This document shows positions 37,837 to 45,498 of a DNA stretch of 64,000 nucleotides, one piece after another. The notes beneath the pieces are model-generated. The model was not told where the DNA came from. It saw nothing but the letters and a program-made list of their open reading frames with translations, and did not search any database. The stretch's first letter is position 1; each line of letters opens with the position of its first letter. Source of the stretch: an uncultured bacterium (lineage in GTDB: Bacteria > Patescibacteriota > Minisyncoccia > UBA6257 > 2-01-FULL-56-20); assembly GCA_963768625.1 (NCBI GenBank), contig CAVYIK010000003.1, forward strand, positions 198,715-262,714. The letters are read 5' to 3'. A program made the translations under genes and the position numbers.

Positions 37837-37864
37837 AAAAAAACAGCCCAGTTTTCTGAGCTGT
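37837..37864 (-). terminator. intrinsic terminator of the methyltransferase gene
   Basis: Minus strand reads ACAGCUCAG-AAAA-CUGGGCUGU followed by U7, 5 nt after the stop. Confidence 0.75.
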
Positions 37865-37868
37865 TTCG

Positions 37869-38429
37869 TTACCACACGAACGGTATGAGCCGTTTGGTAC
37901 GCGCTTGATAGGCCGGATATTGCTCAGGGAAAAGATTGAGCATCGCCCGCTCCTCTTTGCCTACGCGACGCAGACAAAAGATGATGCTTATAATAAACAT
38001 CGCAACGGCCACCATGCTTCCCGTCAATGCGCTACCGAAAAGCGCGAGCATCGCACCCGCATAGATCGGATGGCGGACATATGCGTATGCGCCACTCGTT
38101 ACGAGCTTATGATCTTCCTTCGGATGTATCCCCCAGTCGCGCCCTAGGTCGTACCGTCCCCAGATCGCAAACGCGACGCCGATGACGGTTAGCAATGCGC
38201 CAACCCAACTGACCGCGAAGCCAGAATTGAAGAACGCACGTTCGAGGACAAACGCATCGCCCTGTAGATTTCGAGTGAGAGCAAAAATCAAAAGCCCCAA
38301 CAAAAAGAGTAGCAGAAGCGGAGGAAGGTTCTTTGAGCGGCTTGAAGCGTCTGGTTTGGCGGTAAATGCGCCTATCACCCATACCGCTATGAGGATCAAC
38401 CAACTTACGATTATGACGTAGCCGTACAT
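37869..38429 (-). CDS. isoprenylcysteine carboxyl / phospholipid methyltransferase (ICMT/PEMT) family membrane protein
   Basis: 186 aa with 4-5 helices and the motif GAYAYVRHPIYAGAMLALFG. Confidence 0.75.
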   Translation of the reverse strand: MYGYVIIVSWLILIAVWVIGAFTAKPDASSRSKNLPPLLLLFLLGLLIFALTRNLQGDAFVLERAFFNSGFAVSWVGALLTVIGVAFAIWGRYDLGRDWGIHPKEDHKLVTSGAYAYVRHPIYAGAMLALFGSALTGSMVAVAMFIISIIFCLRRVGKEERAMLNLFPEQYPAYQARTKRLIPFVW

Positions 38430-38522
38430 ATTTTTAGTATATAGATTAATTTTTAATGACCTTTGCCGAACTCATATCTTTATCAGCGTATACCCCACAT
38501 CGGTCGATAGCAAAGAGCCATA

Positions 38523-38543
38523 ATCGCCTCTTGCCCGCGCAAC
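38523..38543. repeat. 21-bp direct repeat, copy 1 (atcgcctcttgcccgcgcaac)
   Basis: Identical to 39001-39021. Lies just 3' of the VOC gene and is part of the hairpin ctcttg-N9-caagag. Confidence 0.8.
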
Positions 38544-38566
38544 AAGAGAGCAAAAGTCTGCAAAAA

Positions 38567-38986
38567 CTATTTTTTATCTCCCTTGAATATCCACGGGATG
38601 CCAAACCTATCGGTGAATTGTCCGTATGTTCCAAATGGCAAATCGTGAAGGTCTTGGAAATTGTCTTTATTTGCACCTTCCGAAAGTTTATCGAACACTT
38701 TCCTTAATTCGTCATAACCTTGGCCAACCAGAAATATACTCATGGTATTACCCTGTTTGGGCAAACGCATGGGTGCTGCCATCCAGTCCGTTGCCGAAAT
38801 TTCCACACCATCACTTTTTAAATTCGCGTTAATAAGCCTATTGTGCTTTTCTGGTGGGAACATATCTTTCATGGGCGTGTCGGCGAGCTTAGTCAGCGTA
38901 AGTTCTCCGCCTAGACACTTATGGTAAAAGGTCATTGCCTCAGCACAATTTCCATCAAATAACAAAAATGGGGTAACTTTGATCAT
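38567..38986 (-). CDS. VOC superfamily protein (PhnB/YjdN-like, glyoxalase fold)
   Basis: 139 aa reading MIKVTPFLLFDGNCAEAMTFYHKCLGGEL...FGTYGQFTDRFGIPWIF. Confidence 0.75.
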   Translation of the reverse strand: MIKVTPFLLFDGNCAEAMTFYHKCLGGELTLTKLADTPMKDMFPPEKHNRLINANLKSDGVEISATDWMAAPMRLPKQGNTMSIFLVGQGYDELRKVFDKLSEGANKDNFQDLHDLPFGTYGQFTDRFGIPWIFKGDKK

Positions 38987-39000
38987 AAGATTATTTTATC

Positions 39001-39021
39001 ATCGCCTCTTGCCCGCGCAAC
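39001..39021. repeat. 21-bp direct repeat, copy 2
   Basis: Identical to 38523-38543. Lies 15 nt 5' of the VOC start. It is followed by ctggggacgtag, which is also found next to the rpsI relic at 37693-37704. Confidence 0.8.
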
Positions 39022-39132
39022 GGGCGGCTGGGGACGTAGAAGCCCAAGAAAATATTGATGATATATTCATTTATTGCGTTGATCTTTTTTTTATTTAATC
39101 GACTTTGAGGATAAGAAAAACAACTAGGCTCA

Positions 39133-39297
39133 TTACTGCTTCAAGAACCTGAAGTAGAACGCTACGAATATAAGGACTATTCCTATATTCGATGCCAGCC
39201 GTTCCCAGAACAGGTTTCTGAAGAACAGGATATCCACGGTGACTATGATGGCTACCATCGGTACGATGAAGATTGCTGCAACGTATGAGGAATTCAT
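39133..39297 (-). CDS. possible small membrane protein (54 aa)
   Basis: My own translation gives MNSSYVAAIFIVPMVAIIVTVDILFFRNLFWERLASNIGIVLIFVAFYFRFLKQ. It is below the ORF-track cutoff. Confidence 0.3.
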   Translation of the reverse strand: MNSSYVAAIFIVPMVAIIVTVDILFFRNLFWERLASNIGIVLIFVAFYFRFLKQ

Positions 39298-39331
39298 AAT
39301 AAGGGTTGATTCGTTTCTTGATAATTATATG

Positions 39332-39589
39332 TCACGTCGTGGCATTCGTCCCGCCGTCTTCGTTCCGCGCAGTCGCCGATCTGATTCTGCTGATAAGCTC
39401 TTCGGTTGAAGTATCGGGATCATGCTCTACGTTCAGATCCTCGGCGATGGATTCCAGTTTTGCAAGCGCCTCGGGACTGCCATCGGTTGCGAGGGATTGA
39501 AGATACGTGAAATCAGGCTGGCCGTGCTCGTTAAGCCAGTCTTCTTTTTCTTCAATTTCTCCTTGGTTGTAGCTGCCATTTTCGGTCAT
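39332..39589 (-). CDS. small acidic hypothetical protein
   Basis: 85-aa ORF whose start overlaps the upstream stop (ATGA at 39586-39589). Confidence 0.4.
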   Translation of the reverse strand: MTENGSYNQGEIEEKEDWLNEHGQPDFTYLQSLATDGSPEALAKLESIAEDLNVEHDPDTSTEELISRIRSATARNEDGGTNATT

Positions 39590-39855
39590 GAGCTGAACAT
39601 GGTAACCCCTCCCTTATTCGACTGGGCGAAATCTCGCGGAACGTCGAATTTCCTCTGCTGCCCATCGCTGCACTTGATCTCGAAGCTATACATATCCGTT
39701 TCAAAATGCAGCGGCATCGCGGAAATGATCTCGATCGTCCTGTCTCCATCCGAACTCGTGAATCGATCTGCATATTCGGCCGTCACAAAGAACGCGAGGC
39801 TGCTTTGCCTGATGAAGATGTCTCCGCCCGGGAGCGTCGCTACGGTGTATTCCAT
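39586..39855 (-). CDS. small hypothetical protein
   Basis: 89-aa ORF, translationally coupled to 39332-39589. Confidence 0.4.
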   Translation of the reverse strand: MEYTVATLPGGDIFIRQSSLAFFVTAEYADRFTSSDGDRTIEIISAMPLHFETDMYSFEIKCSDGQQRKFDVPRDFAQSNKGGVTMFSS

Positions 39856-39863
39856 AGTCTTGA

Positions 39864-40121
39864 CTATGATTTCTTACTGAACAGCTCCGACCACTTCAGC
39901 TTGGCTACCGCGAAAAGATATATGATTTCAAGAATGCCAAGGGTATTCACGACAAGCAGTATCACAAACCACCATGGCTGCCCCCGCCGCCCGGAATGCC
40001 ACAGTGCGAGACCTTTCCAGAAGACGCTCCAGAGTATGAGCAGAACCAAGATAGGGCCGAATGCGTGAATCCACGTCGGTGCTCCGTAGCTCATGCCGTA
40101 ATTTGAATAAAAGGTATTCAT
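39864..40121 (-). CDS. DUF5652-like small membrane protein
   Basis: 85 aa with two helices and ..WKGLALWHSGRRGQPWWFVILLVVNTLGILEIIYL... This is a family call from memory. Confidence 0.5.
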   Translation of the reverse strand: MNTFYSNYGMSYGAPTWIHAFGPILVLLILWSVFWKGLALWHSGRRGQPWWFVILLVVNTLGILEIIYLFAVAKLKWSELFSKKS

Positions 40122-40313
40122 GTCGTCTTGTTTTCGTCGAGCTTCGCGGCGGCCTCAGGAGTGGAAACGGTCTTGCTCATCGTGAGCATGCTCGTAATGC
40201 CCAATGTCCGTTATAACGAATAAATCGCAAAACACGATGTCGGTGCAGGTGCATCGCGGATTGACCAAGCTCAGAGCGTTGTCGCTTGCTGAGGCCAAAT
40301 AAGCTAGATCATA

Positions 40314-40475
40314 TCATGAGCGCAACTGGTTGCTCTGCCAGCCCCTTACCCTTTCGTGCCCTGTGGCGACATATCCCGCCCAGTTCGAAGAAACACCAAC
40401 GCTCGCGGCTGCTGCCGTCTGAAAGCTTAAAAATAATGGAAAAATAAGGACTGCAAGAACGAGTTTCCTCTTCAT
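40314..40475 (-). pseudogene. N-terminal remnant of a secreted G1 (peptidase A4)-like protein
   Basis: My own translation gives MKRKLVLAVLIFPLFLSFQTAAAASVGVSSNWAGYVATG.. (signal peptide plus SNWAGY motif). It terminates after 53 aa and no continuation was found in any frame. Confidence 0.3.
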
Positions 40476-40521
40476 ACCTATATAATACGCTAGAAAGAAC
40501 CATAATGGTTCGTTAGAGATT

Positions 40522-41298
40522 TTATATCACGACCTTCGGATACATCCACGCGCTGATCATTGAGATGCCGAGCGCGACGACCGCGAGAATGAGGATATCG
40601 AGCCCAACACCAGCGGTCGTGCCAGTGAGCATGAGCGAGCGGAGCCCGTCCACCATATAGCTCAGCGGATTCACCTCCGCCACCACCTGCAGCCACGTGG
40701 GCATAATCGCGATCGGGTAGATCGCGTTCGAGGCGAAGAAGAGCGGCAGTGTGATGACCTGCCCAATGCCCATAAACCGCTCGCGCGTCTTTACAATGGA
40801 AGCAATGATCATCGAGATACCGGTAAATACCGCCGCGCCGAGCAGGACGATGACGATCACACCGAGAAAGGTCACGATTGAAAGATGCAACGATACGCCG
40901 AGGATAAGGGCGAAGATAAAGACGATGATCGCCTGGCAAAGGCCGCGGAGACCTGCTGAGAGCATTTTGCCCCACACGAGCGCAAGGCGTGGCGTCGGCG
41001 TCACGAGCAACTTCTGCAGAATGCCCGTATCGCGATCCATAATGATATAGAGACCGTAGAAGATGGCCACGAAAACGACCGATTGCGTAAGGATACCCGG
41101 GGTAATGAATTGCAGATACGTGAACCCGCCCGTCGGAATCGCCCGCACCTTGCTGAGCGCTTCGCCGAAAATGCCGAGCCATAAAATCGGTTGTACTGCA
41201 CGCGAGATGAGCTCGGTCGGATCGTGCATAAGCTTCCGCGCCTCCATTTCCGTCAGCACCCAGGATTTTGTGATAGTTTCGTAAAGATAATGGAACAT
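40522..41298 (-). CDS. ABC-2 type transporter permease
   Basis: Six hydrophobic helices. Start taken at MFHYLYETI (41298), just after the ATPase stop. An alternative upstream ATG exists at 41346. Confidence 0.75.
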   Translation of the reverse strand: MFHYLYETITKSWVLTEMEARKLMHDPTELISRAVQPILWLGIFGEALSKVRAIPTGGFTYLQFITPGILTQSVVFVAIFYGLYIIMDRDTGILQKLLVTPTPRLALVWGKMLSAGLRGLCQAIIVFIFALILGVSLHLSIVTFLGVIVIVLLGAAVFTGISMIIASIVKTRERFMGIGQVITLPLFFASNAIYPIAIMPTWLQVVAEVNPLSYMVDGLRSLMLTGTTAGVGLDILILAVVALGISMISAWMYPKVVI

Positions 41299-41302
41299 GT
41301 TT

Positions 41303-42118
41303 TTATCCAAGTCGTTTTTCGGTTTGACGCATACGGCGGATATCACGGAAATTGCCTACATCGCTCATCTTATTCCCCGAGAAGAAGATGAATGCGTCTT
41401 CGAGGGTGGCATTCGGTTTGCCGGTCTTCTCTTTTAATTCCGGCACCGTGCCGATAATAGCAATTTTTCCCTGATTCATGATGGCGACGCGATCGCTCAC
41501 GCCATCGGCCTCTTCCATATTGTGCGTGGAAAAGAATATCGTCGTGCCCATTTTCTTACGCAGGTCAGCAAGATGACCCCATACGCTTTGCTGGGCGATC
41601 GGGTCAAGACCCGTTGTCGGCTCATCCAAGAACAGCACCTTCGGGCGATGCAACATCGCCTGCCCGATCTCCATCTTGCGGATCATGCCGCCGGAAAAAG
41701 TGCGAACAAGCGATTTTGCATGAGCTTCAAGATTCAGAAATGCGAGCGTCTCCGCGATGCGTGGGGCTCGCTCTGCGCGCGGAATGTCGTAGAGTCGGGC
41801 AAAAAGCATCAGATTCTCATACGCCGTCAGCGTTCCGTCCACTGAGATCGACTGCGGTACATAGCCAATCACATTCCGCACTTCTGCGGCGTGATGCACA
41901 ATATCATACCCGTCGATCGTCGCATCCCCGCTCGTGGACTTGAGCAATGTAATGAGCATCTTTATGAGTGTGCTCTTCCCCGCCCCATTCGGGCCAAGGC
42001 ATGCAAAAATCTCTCCAGTATCAACGCTAAAAGAAATATCATCTACCGCTGCGAAATCCTTAAATTTCTTTACAAGCTTATTTACTTCGATTATTTTTGA
42101 TGATCCAGTGGATTCCAT
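41303..42118 (-). CDS. ABC transporter ATP-binding protein (DrrA-like)
   Basis: 271 aa with GPNGAGKST (Walker A), FSGGMIRKMEIG (signature) and LFLDEPTTGLD (Walker B). Confidence 0.85.
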   Translation of the reverse strand: MESTGSSKIIEVNKLVKKFKDFAAVDDISFSVDTGEIFACLGPNGAGKSTLIKMLITLLKSTSGDATIDGYDIVHHAAEVRNVIGYVPQSISVDGTLTAYENLMLFARLYDIPRAERAPRIAETLAFLNLEAHAKSLVRTFSGGMIRKMEIGQAMLHRPKVLFLDEPTTGLDPIAQQSVWGHLADLRKKMGTTIFFSTHNMEEADGVSDRVAIMNQGKIAIIGTVPELKEKTGKPNATLEDAFIFFSGNKMSDVGNFRDIRRMRQTEKRLG

Positions 42119-42126
42119 ATATTTGG

Positions 42127-42699
42127 TTACAGGCCGCCAATGATCTCTTCCGTTTTTCTTACGAGCCCGATACGCGGGAATGTTTTGGCGACCGTGAATG
42201 CGTGCTCTTCTGCCGACATCGCTGCCATGGCGTCCTCGGCAAAGATCTGATGATATCCGTATTCATATGCAAAGCGTGCGGTGCTTTCGACGCCGATATT
42301 GGTTGAAATGCCGCAGAGTACCATCGTGGTAATGCCGCGACGGCGAAACTCCAAATCGAGTTCTGTGCCGTAGAACGCGCCCCACTGATGCTTGGTGATC
42401 ACAAAATCTCCGGGCTTCGGTCCCATCTCCGGAACGAGCTCGGCCCAGTCCGGCGCGGGAGTTTGCGACCATGGTGCGGCGTCGGTGATAGGATGCAGCG
42501 CATCCTTCCCATCCGGCGATGGCGTAACGCGCACCAAGAATACCGGCATGCCATTTGCACGGAATGCGTCCGCGAGCGCCGCAGCGTTCTTTATCACCGT
42601 TGCCGAATTGTATGGAGCAACCTGCCGTCCCGCGATTCCTTTCTGGAGATCGATGACGACCAATGCGGTTTTTGATTTGTCGATGGAGGGTGTATTCAT
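42127..42699 (-). CDS. isochorismatase / cysteine hydrolase family protein
   Basis: 190 aa with TALVVIDLQKG and ..VLCGISTNIGVESTAR (catalytic Cys region). Confidence 0.8.
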   Translation of the reverse strand: MNTPSIDKSKTALVVIDLQKGIAGRQVAPYNSATVIKNAAALADAFRANGMPVFLVRVTPSPDGKDALHPITDAAPWSQTPAPDWAELVPEMGPKPGDFVITKHQWGAFYGTELDLEFRRRGITTMVLCGISTNIGVESTARFAYEYGYHQIFAEDAMAAMSAEEHAFTVAKTFPRIGLVRKTEEIIGGL

Positions 42700-42842
42700 T
42701 CCTGCTATTATATCATTTTTTTACCCCTATCCCAAAAAGCCATTTGCGGATGATAGTCCCTACCCTAATAGGTCTTTCTAAAATCACTAGATGTCCCGAG
42801 ATAAAGATGAAGAAAAAAAATAAGTGACCGTAAATCCCCTCG

Positions 42843-43001
42843 TCATAGGATATCCGCAAGCTCAACTGCATCATCTTCGTCCAACCCCTCTTCGATAAGC
42901 TCCTGAACTTTTTCCGCCGTGTCCTCATCGATGTCGTGATTTTCCATGAGTTGGGCGATATCCTCGTCTGGCTTGTCCTCATTCTCGGGCTGATCTTCCA
43001 T
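42843..43001 (-). CDS. possible small acidic protein (52 aa)
   Basis: My own translation gives MEDQPENEDKPDEDIAQLMENHDIDEDTAEKVQELIEEGLDEDDAVELADIL. It is below the ORF-track cutoff. Confidence 0.3.
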   Translation of the reverse strand: MEDQPENEDKPDEDIAQLMENHDIDEDTAEKVQELIEEGLDEDDAVELADIL

Positions 43002-43004
43002 GCC

Positions 43005-43819
43005 TTAATTTATAAGCTTGATTTGATCGGATGAAAGCTCGTAGATTTTATATATCTCCGCATCAATCTGATCCTCGACTACGGCTATCTGATTTTTTAT
43101 TTCAGCATACTCCTCCCGCTCGAGTATGGCATTCAACCGGTGAAGTTCGACATTCAGCTTCATGGCTTCATCGACGAGTGCGATGATTTCTTGCTCCACT
43201 TTTTTATCCGCGGTCGTTTTAACTGGAAAATTCATCAGCGGCTCTTTATCTATTTGCAGGTTATCGCCCTGAACCTTCCCGCGATTTTTGAACCAGAAGT
43301 ATGCGACTTTGGAATTCAATAGCGCGGTCAGATATTTGGGATTGATGTTTTTCGGCTTGATTGCATAAAACGATTGGGAGACGTAGCAGGGGAAATCGAC
43401 ATATGAAAATGCTGGCCTCGCCGTCTTACGTAGTGACAAGACGACTCCGCCATCGAAAAACTTCTGATCGCGAGCGCGGTGTAGGCCGTAGGGAGCGAAA
43501 TCGGAGGTCATTACCGGCCCGAATTTATCGAAGTGCGACTTGATTGCCGGATACGAATCGATCTTTTTTGTGTTGGCTGAATCCATATAAAGAATCCACT
43601 TCTTGTTTTTCCTGTCGGCATAAAACCTGCTGATTTCAGTGGATTCGTAATAGGGCCGTGCAACCTGCCTCTCCCGAATTTCTCCACGCTCTTCTTTAAC
43701 TCCTCAGCCTGCTTCTCGCTCATCTTGCGAGGGTTCTCCGCGTTCGGAACAAGGTCGTTTACCTTCCGTTGTTCGGTGTGCCAGGATAATTTGTTTGTTT
43801 TTTCTTTTGTTGCATTCAT
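43005..43819 (-). pseudogene. remnant of a restriction-modification gene: ParB-like N-terminus joined out of frame to a TaqI_C/Eco57I-like specificity domain, methylase core missing
   Basis: The N-terminus (MNATKEKTNKLSWHTEQRKVNDLVPNAENPRKMSEKQAEELKKSVEKFG) is ParB-nuclease-like. The C-terminal ORF (..YPAIKSHFDKF..FSYVDFPCYVSQSFYAIKPK.INPKYLTALLNSKVAYFWFKN..) matches type IIG/BREX-methylase C-termini. The two parts are in different frames. Confidence 0.5.
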
Positions 43820-44101
43820 GATAAAAAATCGACATCTGTGATGATGCCGATTCGATACCAGAGTGCGACGCTTCTCCAAACGACGCATTCCGGTAGCGAA
43901 CAGGGATCGCCACGGGAATATGTATTTGGAGAAGTGTAAGCTCGTTCGAACTTATTACCCTAATTATATTTTATTTTTCGAATAAAATCAAGAGGTATTT
44001 TCAGTAAATGTGTCAATCAATAAAGAAAAACTGACCCTGTGTTGTTCACTATGAGGCAGAGCGGTGAATTTACTTTATTGAATTTTTCTTTTTTGCTCGC
44101 T

Positions 44102-44136
44102 AAAAAAAGAATGACCCGTTTTGTTGGCCATTCTTT
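44102..44136 (-). terminator. intrinsic terminator of the ribosomal-protein operon
   Basis: Minus strand reads AAGAAUGGCC-loop-GGGUCAUUCUU followed by U5-7, about 40 nt after the rpsI stop. Confidence 0.7.
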
Positions 44137-44176
44137 TAATCGATAAATCGTTTCTGACGCTGTGCGTGCGAAATTT

Positions 44177-44755
44177 TTACCTTTTCGCCCACTGGGGAGC
44201 CCTGCGCGCTTTCTTGAGGCCGTACTTCTTGCGTTCCACCATGCGGGAGTCGCGGGTCATGTAGCCCATGGCGCGGAGGCGCGGCTTCCAGGCGGCGTCC
44301 ACGAGGACGATCGCGCGGGAAAGGCCGTGGCGGATGGCTTCGGCTTGGGCATTGATGCCGCCGCCCGAGACGTGCACCGATCACATCAAAGTTCTTCAAC
44401 TGGAGCTCGTGAAGGGGCGCCAGGGCGGCCGCGACGAGGCGCGGGAGCGTGAAATAGCTCTTGGGATCTTTTCCGTTCACCGTGGATTTTCCTGACCCCG
44501 CCATAATGCGCACGCGCGCGACGGCGGTCTTCCGGCGGCCGGTGGCTTCGGTATAGCGAGCGGCTTTGGCCGCAGGATGGGCGGCGGCTGCGTGAGGCGC
44601 TGCCGCGTGCGGCTGTTGCGGAATGGCTCGGAGCCGCATGGGGAGCATGAGAAACGGCGGGCGACACGTGGACGGCCTCTGAGGCCGCACGCGGGGCGCG
44701 TGGTGGCCCTTGCGGCGTGCTTTACTGGTTCTTTGGGGGTTGGGGTTATGGCCAT
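44177..44755 (-). pseudogene. rpsI: 30S ribosomal protein S9 with an A/P/H-rich N-terminal extension; frame broken at least 3 times as assembled
   Basis: Fragments are MAITPTPKEPVKHAARA.. / ..YTEATGRRKTAVARVRIMAGSGKSTVNGKD..LKNFDVI / [21 protein letters not shown]...[12 protein letters not shown]. One break is an extra base near 44377. Confidence 0.8.
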
Positions 44756-44759
44756 GGCG

Positions 44760-45109
44760 TTATTCGGCATCCACAAAAATCAAATTTTTGAGCCGCTTCT
44801 GGTTCAAGAAATTCTTGGGGAGCATCTTGCGGACGGCCTGGCGCAGAACCGACTTCGGATCCTTCGCGAATTTCTGATTGAAGGTCAGCTCCTTGAGGTG
44901 TCCTACGTAGCCCGTGTGGTGGTAATAGATCTTTTCCGTTCGCGTTTGTTGCCGGTCACGGCGATGTCCTTGTAATTCTTTACGTACACTTTGTCATCGC
45001 TCACGCGGTTCTGCGCGTACGTTGCACTCTTTTTCCCTTGGAGGATGATTGCGATGTCGGAGGCCACGCGCCCCAATATTTTGTTTTTTGCGTCAATGTG
45101 ATGGTCCAT
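44760..45109 (-). pseudogene. rplM: 50S ribosomal protein L13; one frameshift near 44930
   Basis: The N-terminus reads MDHHIDAKNKILGRVASDIAIILQGKKSATY... The C-terminus in another frame reads ..YYHHTGYVGHLKELTFNQ..PKNFLNQKRLKNLIFVDAE*. Confidence 0.8.
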
Positions 45110-45117
45110 GAAAATAA

Positions 45118-45471
45118 TTAGACAAATTCTATGCGCGCAAGGCGGGTGCCGTCCCGTTTGCGGCTCTTCGCAAGCTTCGTGATGCGGAGATAGCCGCCGT
45201 TCCGTTCCGCGTAGCGCGGACCAAGCTCGTGGAAGAGTTTCTCCATGATCTTCTCGTTGTGTACGCGGCTCAAGATAATGCGGCGGGCGGCAAGCGTCTG
45301 TTTTTTAGCAAACGTAACAAGACGCTCCACCTGCGGGCGGATCGCCTTCGCGCGGGTCTCGGTCGTCTCTATCTTCCCCGCGCGGATCAGGTCGTTCGAC
45401 AAATTCCGCATAAAAGAAATGCGGTCGCCGCGCAACCTGCCGAATTTTTTGCCTTTTTTGCCGTGTCGCAT
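45118..45471 (-). CDS. rplQ: 50S ribosomal protein L17 (intact)
   Basis: 117 aa reading MRHGKKGKKFGRLRGDRISFMRNLSNDLIRAGKIETTETRAKAIRP... Confidence 0.9.
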   Translation of the reverse strand: MRHGKKGKKFGRLRGDRISFMRNLSNDLIRAGKIETTETRAKAIRPQVERLVTFAKKQTLAARRIILSRVHNEKIMEKLFHELGPRYAERNGGYLRITKLAKSRKRDGTRLARIEFV

Positions 45472-45498
45472 GGTTTGTGTCTTTGTTCGCGCCCGGAG

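Noticed and set aside
37678-37875. 65-aa minus-strand ORF ending in PQWAKR.
   Set aside because: It spans the strong terminator of the upstream methyltransferase gene. It is coding-like only in its last 6 codons, which are the relic of rpsI.
29511-39040. The short motif ggggacgta(g) at 29511, 37695 and 39031, considered as 5' fragments of a tRNA (att remnants).
   Set aside because: Matches of 10-12 nt are expected by chance in 64 kb. Only the 37695/39031 pair has supporting context, which is covered in the findings. The 29511 copy has none.
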